Positions 53,725 through 64,000 of a stretch of 64,000 nucleotides of DNA are shown here, piece after piece (the first letter of the stretch is position 1; the number at the start of each line of letters is the position of its first letter). The position numbers and the translations under genes are program-made. Location: assembly GCA_964016885.1 (NCBI GenBank), contig OZ024755.1:30070001-30134000 (forward strand), read 5' to 3'. Source of the stretch: Eledone cirrhosa (lineage: Eukaryota). The notes beneath the pieces were generated by a model, which had not been told where the DNA came from, made no database searches, and was given only the letters and a program-made list of their open reading frames with translations.

Positions 53725-53990
53725 GTCAGGTCACCAGTTGGTGCTACTGGTAACATGTATCTCAGTACAACCTGTCTCATGGTCGGGTCGTTGGCGACTA
53801 AACTGGCAACCCCACCAAGGTTTCTTGGTGAGGAGGGTGACTTTGGACATTCTGCAGGACTAAAAACAAAACCTGTCAAAGGGCAAAGGAGCTCTTAAGA
53901 GTCAATGGCCATCCAAAATCACCGGGAGAGATGAACCCTTAGCCTTTTTCAAGGCAGAATTCTAGGAGAAGGAAAATTCTGATATAACAC
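53725..53990 (+). mobile_element. Dispersed repeat resembling an RTE 5' UTR; inverted relative at 36580-36820
   Basis: shared GGTAACATGTA...GGTCGGGTCGT.GG.GACTAA.C.GGCAACCCCACC and CTAGGAGAAGG. Confidence 0.45.
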
Positions 53991-54329
53991 CTGCAACCCT
54001 GATGGTATCCAATGATGTTGACTTGTTTTTCCTTTTGGTAAATATCATCTTGGTTAAGAGAGTGGGACTGACTTTGTGCAGTGCTTTGCTCACTATAAAA
54101 GCTTCACGGCACAGGCATTGCTTTATATCTGGAGATCTCTCTGCACTTGTCGTCACATGGTGCCATGGGCCCAGCACTATGTGTCAATAATTGTCACAAG
54201 TGTAGTGTTTGTACCAGAGTTTTCAAGTCGCTGGCTGGACTAAAAAGTCACACTCGTTCAGCGCATCGGTAGGGGTTCTCCTACAAGGATATAAAGTAGT
54301 GGCCGTACTCGAAAACGAGTTGGCAGCCA

Positions 54330-54404
<75 letters not shown>

Positions 54405-54784
54405 CATATATATATATAAATGTATGTGCAAATGTGTATACATATATATGTGCTTGTGTGTGTAATTGAATGATGCAGGCAGGTTTGCATAAGCATATAT
54501 ATATATATATATATAAACGCACATATCCAGCATGAATCAATAATTAGTAAATCCACGTTGAGATTTCCATATGAAATCTTCAGCTCAGCTTACTACTTGA
54601 TGCCGATCAAATATTGATCATTGGCAATTACTTTAGTACATCATTGTATGACTAAGCTGGTAATTAGCCTTTGTCAGTGGTTGCCTAGATTCGGTATCAT
54701 GATGTGTAGCAAATGGCTGATAAATCTCCCACCGCATGGGACAGTCCTGATCTAATATAGAACCATTCAGATACATCTAAAGAA

Positions 54785-56420
54785 TCACCTGTCTAACACA
54801 TCACCTGTATAACACATCACTTGTCTAACACAGTACCTGTCTAACACATCACCTCTCTAACATATCACCTGTCTAACACAGCACCTGTCTAACACACTAC
54901 CTGTCTAACACAGTACCTGTCTAACACATCACCAGTCTAACACATCACCTGTCTAACACACTACCTGTCTAACACATCACCTGTCTAACACATCAGCTGT
55001 CTAACACATCACCTGTCTAACACATCACATGTCTAACACATCACCTGTCTAACACAGTACCTGTCTAACACATCACCTGTCTAACCCAGTACCTGTCTAA
55101 CACAGCACCTGTCTAACACAGTACCTGTCTTACTCATCACCTGTCTAACACAGTACCTGTCTAACACATCCCCTGTCTAACACAGTACCTGTCTTACACA
55201 TCACCTGTCTAACACATCCCCTGTCTAACACAGTACCTGTCTTACACAGTACCTGTCTAACACAACACCTGTCTAACACATCACCTCTCTAACATAGCAC
55301 CTGTCTAACACATCACCTGTCTAACACATCCCCTGTCTAACACAGTACCTGTCTTACACATCACCTGTCTAACACAACACCTGTCTAAAACATCACCTGT
55401 CTAACATAGCACCTGTCAAATACATCACCCGTCTAACACATTACCTGTCTAACACATTACCTGTCTAACACATTACCTGTCTAACACATTACCTGTCTAA
55501 CACATTACCTGTCTAACACATTACCTGTCTAACACATCACCTGTCTAACACAGTACCTGTCTAACACATCACCTGTCTAACATATCACCTGTCTAACACA
55601 TCATCTGTCTAACATAGTACCTGTCCTAACACAGTACCTGTCTAACACAGTACCTGTCTAACACATCACCTGTCTAACACATCACCTGTCTAACACAGTA
55701 CCTGTCTAACACATCACCTGTCTAACACAGTACCTGTCTAACACATCCCCTGTCTAACACAGTACCTGTCTTACACATCACCTGTCTAACACATCCCCTG
55801 TCTAACACAGTACCTGTCTTACACAGTACCTGTCTAACACATCCCCTGTCTAACACAGTACCTGTCTTACACATCACCTGTCTAACACAACCCCTGTCTA
55901 ATACATCACCTGTCTAACACAGTACCTGTCTAACACATCACCTCTCTAACATAGTACCTGTCTAACACATCACCTGTCTAACACATTATCTGTCTAACAC
56001 AGTACCTGTCCTAACACAGTACCTGTCTAACACAGTACCTGTCTAACACATCACCTGTCTAACACATCACCTGTCTAACACAGTACCTGTCTAACACATC
56101 ACCTGTCTTACATATCACCTGTCTAACACACCCCCTGTCTAACACAGTACCTGTCTTACACATCACCTGTCTAACACAGTACCTGTCTAACACATCCCCT
56201 GTCTAACACAGTACCTGTCTTACACATCACCTGTCTAACACAACACCTGTCTAATACATCACCTGTCTTACACATCATCTGTCTAACACATAACCTGTCA
56301 TACACATCACCTATCTTACACATCACCTCTCTTACACATCACCTGTCTAACACAGTACCTATTACACTACTTGTCTAACATACCACCTGTCTAATACATC
56401 TCCTGTCTAACACAGGACTG
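54785..56420. repeat. 16-bp minisatellite (~100 copies)
   Basis: CACCTGTCTAACACAT / TACCTGTCTAACACAG variants. Confidence 0.95.
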
Positions 56421-56919
56421 TTTTAACACATCACTGGTTTATCACACCTCCAGTTTAGCACACCACTAGTTGAACACATCACTCGTTTAACACGGCTTGA
56501 GTTTATCAGAACACTTAAAAGAGGAAGTGTGTAACCGAGCACTAGTTTATGACGCAAGTTTATCATGATACGGATCTAATACAGTACCAGATAAATAAAG
56601 CTCTAATATCAACGAATACCCACCTGTCAGTGTATCAGATTACCACCTTACCAGTCGATATGGCGTTGGAAAAATTGATATGGGGTTACCAGAGGCTTCT
56701 GTCTGCTGTCTTAATTTTGGAAAGTCCCATTGGACTGTATAGTGCTTCATACAGAAAATGATCGGTGTTCGAAATGGTAAACTATTAAAGGTCTTTTGGA
56801 TCAGAACAACAATAATGATAGACCAACTGCTTAGTGTAACGAAACAATGGGCAATAAATACTTCCCAGCATTGCAACAACAATGGTGTACATGCAGCAGA
56901 TTTGTGTCAAGACAATAAT

Positions 56920-57470
56920 AATTTTTTCTACTTTTGGCCCAAGGCCAGCAATTATCCCAGTGTATTACTGGTACTTTATTTTATCAACCCCGTAAGGATG
57001 AAAGGCAAAGTTAACCTGATTTTAACTCAGACCATAACAGGCCGTAACTCTTTGCTGCAAAGCATGGCGTCCGACCCTCTACCGATACTGCCAATCCACC
57101 GCCCGTCAAGTCATAATAATAATAAATAATAATAATGAAATTATTGTGTACAGTGCTCAGGTGCACTATAACTCATCAAAGGTGCATGTATAGTACATAG
57201 AATAATGTTCAAATGTCAGGAATGTGAACAGTGTATGAATCGTGAAATACATGTGTGTGTGTGTGTGTGTATGGAGTGGGGATATAAGGTGTAGTGTTGG
57301 CGAATTTCAGGAAGCATGGAGGTTTTGAAGGATGCAGTGTCTCGGCAGCTAACAACCAGTGCAGGTAGTTTGTGCCATGCTTCAGCAACTCTGAGCGTGA
57401 AAAAATGTTTCCGAAAGTCAAGGGAACTGTGTTGTTTTCTGACTTTGTAGGCATGCCCAATGCAATGTAA
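56920..57470 (-). mobile_element. SINE family 1 (56920-57103) abutting a CR1/L2 3' end (57115-57470)
   Basis: homology to the other copies. Confidence 0.85.
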
Positions 57471-58259
57471 GCATATAATGCAATACTCCACATACGGAGA
57501 TGTGTTTGCCTGTACATTTAATCCTCATTTTAAAAAGCTAAAGATGGAACTTCGACATGGTCAAACAAATTACTAGAAATAACAACATAAATTTTCCCAA
57601 AGCACACCATACCATCTTACAGGAGGAAAAGCACATTGGATAATGTAATTCTAGTTAGAGCGATTTAGAAAATATGACAGATGATCGTGACAGGAAATCG
57701 ATTGATCATTGATAAAAGTTCTCAGCTCTCCGATTCCACGCGGGAGTTACGTTCTTACTTAAAGACAGCCAGTAACCAGATGATGGAGTTAGGCTGGGAT
57801 GCCTGATAGAGAATTATGTTCAATGATTCTCTAGTTAATTACAAATTAATTATCGGGATATCCTGCTAGTTCGTTTATAGTAACTATTTTATTGTATATT
57901 TTGAATTCTGACCCTCGGACAAATAAAATACATTGATTTGTTAAACCTTTCATTTTTCAAATTTGTTTTTGTATATGATTTAGCCACAAATTCAAACATT
58001 TATTTATATTTAAATCTTCAGAAGAAAGCTTTCCTCAATTCTAGCTCTTTTATTTGGCAAAAAATAATAAAAAAAAAAGCCTTTCCCTTTTATTATCGCG
58101 AGACTATATTGGAGTTGTAGTAACACCAACATATATCGACATAAAGAAATGGGATTCTCTAAAAACTATATTTAGAGAAGAACAGTGATACAAAGGCAGA
58201 AAAAATTCACGCTAAGGACCTATAGGAACCACAATGCAATTGCAACCTAAGCAAACACG

Positions 58260-58590
58260 AAAGAACAGCTGAACTCCCACTGTCATCGCTTCCATCTCTC
58301 TCGCCCTCCCCATCTCTCCGTATGGCGAGCAAATGGGGTCCCACGTGCTGGCCTCCCCATAGCCCCGGCTGACAGGATGGAGAAGGCGTTTCCCCGGAGT
58401 ATGGTAAGGGAGATGCACTGGAAGAGCCATTCCAACTCGCGAGGCTCACACCTGCAGCTTGCCAGCTCAGCGCCTATGGTGGTGAGTAGGGAGGTAGCCC
58501 TAGGATCAAGGACACCAGACGTCTCCACTGCCAAAAGTACGACCGCAAACCTGTCGGAGAGCGACCGGTACTTGGATCGTTCTATGCTGG
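58260..58590 (-). mobile_element. CRE-clade non-LTR retrotransposon 3' end (REL endonuclease); shorter plus-strand copy at 59410-59590
   Basis: AVETSG.L...A..LL..IG..L....EPRE..WLFQ.ISL.I.RGNA.SIL. Confidence 0.75.
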
Positions 58591-59208
58591 TAGATGACAG
58601 AGGAAAGGAATTGAGAGAAGCCTCAGGTTCGACAAATAAATATCATTTCATGAAGTTGAATAGACGAAATGGTTAGAGCGTCGGTCACGCTTGCTTGCAG
58701 TATTTGTTCTGGTCCACTGCGCTCTGACTTCAAATTCCAACTTCTATCAACTGTCTTCTCCTGATGGTTAATGGTTTTTTTTCTAGATCCGGTGATAGGT
58801 CTCCAGTATCAGTCGTCGTGGCATGTCAGTTGGAACAACATTTTGATCATATGAATAGGTATAAATGTGGAGCATATTGAAGCTTGAAGCTGGTAGAAAC
58901 TTTGACGTGCACGGCTAAAAGCCATGCGAAGTTTAGTTATATTTTTGTATGTTCTGAGTTCTAATCGTTGTTTTGTCGTTCGTTCTTCTAAATAAATACC
59001 ATTAGATTATTGGCGGTCTATTCAATGTAGCACACCTATAGTCCGTAAATTTATTTCTGGGTTGATAAATAAAGTACAAGTCCAAGGCAGTGGATTGATT
59101 AAATTTCTCGAATATCGACCTTGATACTGTATAGTTCAAATTTTGCCTTTTATCACCTTTCTTCCCCTGGGTGGTAAGGAGATCTTTAGGAATTCACCTA
59201 ACTTTTAT

Positions 59209-59405
59209 TAGGGCGGTGGATTGGCAGTATCGGGAGAGCGTCAGACACCATGCTTTGCAGCATAGAGTTATGGCTCTGTACGTTCTGTGTTCAAATCCCA
59301 CCGAGGTTGACTTTGCCTTTCACCCTTACGGGGTCGATAAAATAAAGCACCAGTAATACACTGGGGTAATTGCTGGCCTTGTGCAGAAAGTAGAAACAAT
59401 TATTG
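59209..59405 (+). mobile_element. SINE family 1
   Basis: homology. Confidence 0.85.
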
Positions 59406-59774
59406 GTAATAACCTTTCCAACGCATCTCCCTTACCATCCTCCGGGGAAACGCCTTCTCCATTCTGTCCGCCGGGGCTGTGGGGAGGCCAGCACGTGGGA
59501 CCCCATTTGCTCACCATACGAAGAGATGGGGAGGGCGAGAGAGATGGAGGCGATGACAGCAGTGGGGGTTCGGCTCTTCCACGTTCGGACCAAATCCTTG
59601 TGGTTGTGTTCACTAAGCAGTTAAGGAGTCTGTGTATGTATTGACACAATAGTGTAAACTGTGTATATATCAAATGAAATTCCTGTTTATATGTTAATGT
59701 CTTTAGTATCGTATACTCTGGTTCGTTATGGACCACCTGGTATCTTACCACACCTTGAAGAGAGCATACATTTA

Positions 59775-60186
59775 TACGAGAGTAATCCCAAAAGTAAGGT
59801 CTCCAAAGCGATGGGGACGCAGAGAAACTGTTAGTACGGCTGTTGGCAACACTGTTGTGATTGGTGCTTCCTTCACTCCCAAACAAGCATACGCGCGCTT
59901 CGCTGGGATGTTCAATCTTGGCTTGGCAGCCGTTGAGAATGGAGCCTCCGTTGAACGCTACTGCCAAGTGAGAATTTCGCGCAGTTATTATATAGAGGGC
60001 AATCCCAAAAATAAGGTCTCCTTCCGAGGAAAACATGCGTAAAGATCGGCGGATCACTCTGGATGCTCTCTGCATTTTGGTTCCTGGGGTTTCCCGAAGC
60101 ACCATCCACAGGATTTTAACGGAAAAGTTGCAATATCGGAAGTTGCACTATCGGAAGGAGACCTTACTTTTGGGGTTGCCGTCGTA
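59775..60186. mobile_element. mariner-like MITE with duplicated left TIR
   Basis: TACGAGAGTAATCCCAAAAGTAAGGTCTCC (59775), a similar copy at 59993, right TIR GGAGACCTTACTTTTGGGGTTGCCGTCGTA. Confidence 0.7.
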
Positions 60187-60324
60187 GATAACGAATAAGT
60201 TATTAAACCTTTCTGAGAAGGAAGTTCAAAAACATTGGGATGTTTAAATTGTATCTTTATCAACAGTCTCGCAAACCAGGAGGCATAAATCGTCGCGTAA
60301 ATGCGATTATGCGGATTCATGTCG

Positions 60325-61530
60325 TGGTACATGTGGTGTTGGTGGTGGTAGTGGTGGTGGTCGTCGTGGTAGTGGTGGTGGTGGTGGTAGTGGTAGTGGT
60401 GGTGGTGGTGGTGGTAGTGGTGGTGGTGGTGGTAGTGGTGGTGGTGGCGGTGGTGGTAGTGGCGGTGGTGGTGTTTGTGTTGGTGGTGGTGGTGGTGGCG
60501 GTGGTGGTGTTGGTGTTGGTGGTGTTGATGGTGGTGGTGTTGGTATTGGTGGTGTTGGTGTTGGTGGTGGTGGTGTTGGTGGTGGTAGTGGTGGTGGTGG
60601 TGGTGGTGGTGGTGGTGGTGGTGTTGGTGGTGGTGGTGTTGGTGGTGGTGGTGGTGTTGGTGGTGGTGGTGGTGTTGGTGGTGTGTTGGTGGTGTTGGTG
60701 GTGGTAGTGGTGATGGTGGTGGTGATGGTGGTGGTGTTGGTGGTGTTGGTGGTGGTAGTGGTGGTGTTGTGGTGTTGGTGTTGGTGGTGGTAGTGATGGT
60801 GGTGGTGGTGTTGGTGTTGGTGGTGTTGGTGTTGGTGGTGGTGGTAGTGGTGGTGGTGGTGGTGGTGTTGGTGGTGGTAGTGGTGGTGGTGGTAGTGGTA
60901 GTGGTGGTGGTGGTGGTGGTGGTAGTGGTGGTGTTGGCGGTGGTGGTAGTGGCGGTGGTGGTGTTGGTGTTGGTGGTGGTGGTGGTGGTGGTGTTGATGG
61001 TGGTAGTGGTGGTTGGTGGTAGTGGTGGTCGTGGTGATAGTGGTAGTGGTGATAGTGATGGTGGTGGTGGTGGTAGCGATGGTAGTTGTGGTGGTGGTGG
61101 TGATAGTGGTGGTGGTAGTGGTGATACTGGTGGTGGTGGTGGTGGTGGTGGTGATAGTGGTAGTGGTGATAGTGGTGGTGGTGGTGGTGATAGTGATGGT
61201 AGTTGTGGTGGTGGTGGTGGTGGTAGTAGTGATAGTGGTGCTGATAGTGATGGTAGTTGTGGTGGTGGTGGTGGTGGTGGTAGTGGTGATATTGGTGGTG
61301 GTGGTGGTGGCGATAGTGGTGGTGGTAGTGGTGATAGTGGTGGTGGTGATAGTGGTGGTAGTTGTGGTGGTGGTTGTGGTGGTGATGATAGTGGTGGTGG
61401 TAGTGGTGATAGTGGTGGTGGTGATAGTGGTGGTAGTTGTGGTGGTGGTTGTGGTGGTGATGATAGTGGTGGTGGTAGTGGTGATAGTGGTGGTGGTGAT
61501 AGTGATGGTCGTTGTGGTCGTGGTTGTTAT
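60325..61530. repeat. Degenerate (GGT)n trinucleotide tract
   Basis: direct reading. Confidence 0.95.
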
Positions 61531-61734
61531 GCTGGAAGCCATATCAAATTAATTCAAGTGTCCATACTGACATTGGTAGCTGTGATCAAAACGACGGCCA
61601 TATTGGTAAGGCAGTGTCAGCGGTGCCCATATATAGAGATTGCTGCAGTATATGTTGTAGTACTATAAAATGGGGGGGGGGGTAGGGTGAGTAGCAGTTA
61701 GAGCAGTTGCAAACGCTGTAGTTCCAGTACAGCA

Positions 61735-62026
61735 ACAACAGTAGTAGTAGTATTATTGGTGGTAGTAGTAGTAGTAGTAGCAGTAATAGTAGTAGCAGCA
61801 TCAGTAGTAGTAGTAGTGGTAGTAGTAGCAGTAGTAGTAGTTGTAGTAATAGCAGCAGCAGCAGTACTAGTAGTAGCAGCAGCAGCAGTAGTAGTAGTGG
61901 TAGTAGTAGTAGTAGTAGTAGCAGCAGAAGGAGTACTAGTAGTAGTAGTAGCAGCAGTAGTAGTAGTAGTAGTAGCTGTAGTAGTAGTAGCAGCAACAGT
62001 ATTATTATTATTGGCAGTAGTAGTAA

Positions 62027-62065
<39 letters not shown>

Positions 62066-62156
62066 CAGCAGCAGTAGCAGTAGTAGTAGTAGCAGCAGCA
62101 GCAACATCATCAGCAGCAGAAGCAGTAGTACTAGTAGTAGCAGTAGTAGCAGTAGC

Positions 62157-62187
<31 letters not shown>

Positions 62188-62310
62188 ATAGTAGCAGCAG
62201 TAGCAGTAGTAGTAGTAGTAGTAGTAGCAGCAGCAGCAGCAGCAATATCAGCAGTAGTAGTAGTAGTAGTAGTAGTAGCAGCAGCAGCAGTAGTAGTAGT
62301 AGTAGTAGTA
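61735..62310. repeat. Degenerate (AGT/AGC)n tract
   Basis: direct reading; a related tract at 63228-63548. Confidence 0.95.
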
Positions 62311-62504
62311 ATGCGACCTAATAGAAATATAACAAAGAAGTATAACTTTTAATAGTCGGTTGTTGTTGAGATAAAGTAAAGAGAATAAAGTTGACCGTTG
62401 AAATCAATATAAATACAATACATAAGTATATAACTGCGCGCGCTTTTCTGTATCAGATGTCTGTGTGTGCGTGTGCGTGTGTGTGTATTAGAGCGAAGAT
62501 AGAT

Positions 62505-63230
62505 ATATTTCTTTATTTGCCACAAGGGCGCATAAGAGAAAGGGGACAATAGAAGGACATATGTCGGGGATTTTACTATATACATCTGGTAAAAAAAACT
62601 TTTTAACAAACAAATTCAACAATCGAAATCCCCAACAAGGGGGGGGGGGAGGCGTTACAAATGGGTTGTTTAATACCCCGTAGATAGAACAGCCCTCAAC
62701 TCCAGCAGCATGTTGTGCAAGTGCACCTTTCTTCCTTTTGTTCTCTTCTTCAACCTACGGGTTTATATACAGAGAAGGTCCAATCACTCGGGTCATTTTT
62801 GCTACATTCACCCACCTTTCAGTAAATTTACTGGGGTGCAGCGCGTCTCTCTCCACTCTGATTCTCCTTCTAAAGTGGTACTTAAAGAAGGGAAGGAGTT
62901 GTTGTCCGGAGAGAAAGGCATCTGTCCTCAGTCCTCTCAATATTGTCCACCATATAACCTCTTTTACCATAGCCACTGTACAGAGGCAAGCCGCCTCTCT
63001 TTCGTTTTTGAAAGAAGTTGGCGGTTTGATCCTTACCATGAACTCGGCAGTCAACTGGATTTGTCCCATAGGCGGCAGCAGTTGTTCTGCGTAGTTCCAC
63101 AGGTCGGTTACGCCCGGGCAGGACAGTTTCAATGTCCCAGAAGTGGGCAGACTGCAAACTATCCTTGAAAGGTCGAGCGGAGGTGGCGAACACTTTCATA
63201 GCGTCCGTAATCTACTACCGCTTGACCGTC
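62505..63230 (-). mobile_element. Tx1/L1-clade LINE 3' fragment with inverted 5' segment
   Basis: minus-strand ORF2 C-terminus plus 3' end ...CTTGTGGCAAATAAAGAAA; plus-strand KW..LSLKGRAEVAN..IASVIYYRL at 63137-63230. Confidence 0.8.
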
Positions 63231-63345
63231 GTAGTAGTAGTAGTAGAAACAGCAGCAGCAGTAGTAGCAGTAGTAGTAGTAGTAGTAGCTGTAGTAGTAG
63301 TAGCAGCAACAGTATTATTATTATTATTATTGGCAGTAGTAGTAA

Positions 63346-63414
<69 letters not shown>

Positions 63415-63456
63415 CAGCAGCAGCAGTAGTAGTAGTAGCAGGAGCAGCAACAAAAT

Positions 63457-63492
<36 letters not shown>

Positions 63493-63549
63493 TAGCAGTA
63501 GCAACAGCAGCAGTAGTAGTAGAAGTAGTAGTAGTAGTAGTAATAGTAT

Positions 63550-64000
63550 GTAACCTCTTTTACCATAGTCACTATACAGAGGAAAACCGCCTCTCTTTCG
63601 TTTTTGAAAGAAGTTGGTGGTTTGAACCTTACCATGAACTCGGCAGTCAACTGGATTTGTCCCATAGGCGGCAGCAGTTGTTCTGCGTAGTTCAACAGGT
63701 CGGTTACGCCCGGGCAGTGTACAATTGCGTGCAGGACAGTTTCAATGTCCTGCTCGCATCTTGGACACGTCCTCTTGGAAGGATCCCTGCCGGAGCGCCT
63801 GTGCCTGTGGATCTTGACTCGTACTGGTAGAGTTCCTCGGTAGCACTGCCAGGCCAGGGACCTTTGGAAGTTGTCCATAGGGCCCGGGCGTAAAGTCCTA
63901 TCGAACAGAGTGGTGAACTCGTCGTCTTCGACGCCCAGAGTCCCTCCGAGCATGTCGTCGCACTTGTAACGTATATAGAATGTCGAAGTGGAGTCACCAC
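63550..64000 (-). mobile_element. Second Tx1/L1-clade ORF2 fragment (zf-RVT)
   Basis: SLAWQCYRGTLPV...CPRCEQDIETVLHAIVHCP (CCHC zinc knuckle). Confidence 0.85.

Noticed and set aside
54785-56420. 16-bp array as CRISPR or telomeric repeat
   Set aside because: No spacers and not TTAGGG-like; an ordinary minisatellite
56560-56860. Faint mariner transposase-like stretch
   Set aside because: Similarity is too weak and frameshifted to support without a profile search
59326-60105. 259-aa minus-strand ORF
   Set aside because: Chance read-through across a MITE, a CRE fragment and a SINE; no coherent domain
60240-62352. Long poly-V/T/P/L/S ORFs (up to 411 aa)
   Set aside because: Translations of (GGT)n and (AGT)n microsatellites that are open in several frames

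Overview
AT-rich, repeat-saturated eukaryotic (metazoan) DNA, most likely intronic or intergenic. The SINE, microsatellite and TE landscape suggests an octopus or other cephalopod (inference). No intact host gene can be supported, and almost all ORFs in the track are microsatellite or SINE artefacts. Content: about 30 copies of one tRNA-derived SINE, about 8 CORE-like SINEs, LINE fragments (RTE, CR1/L2, Tx1/L1, CRE), two Penelope-type GIY-YIG remnants, a full-boundary Buster-type hAT with an 8-bp TSD, mariner/piggyBac/hAT MITEs, minisatellites and long (TA)n, (GGT)n and (AGT)n tracts. Main discovery: a 4.9-kb head-to-head array of a nearly invariant, non-coding, highly self-complementary 468-bp unit (1602-6507), embedded in (TA)n. 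Each unit carries a type I hammerhead ribozyme, and the inversion junction falls at the predicted self-cleavage site, as expected for a retrozyme-like (circular/multimeric RNA) retroelement. At least seven further, sequence-unrelated hammerhead families lie next to (TA)n tracts across the window, along with many fold-back elements. Together they point to an extensive Penelope/hammerhead system that targets TA microsatellites. All ribozyme calls are by-eye motif and pairing matches and are untested.
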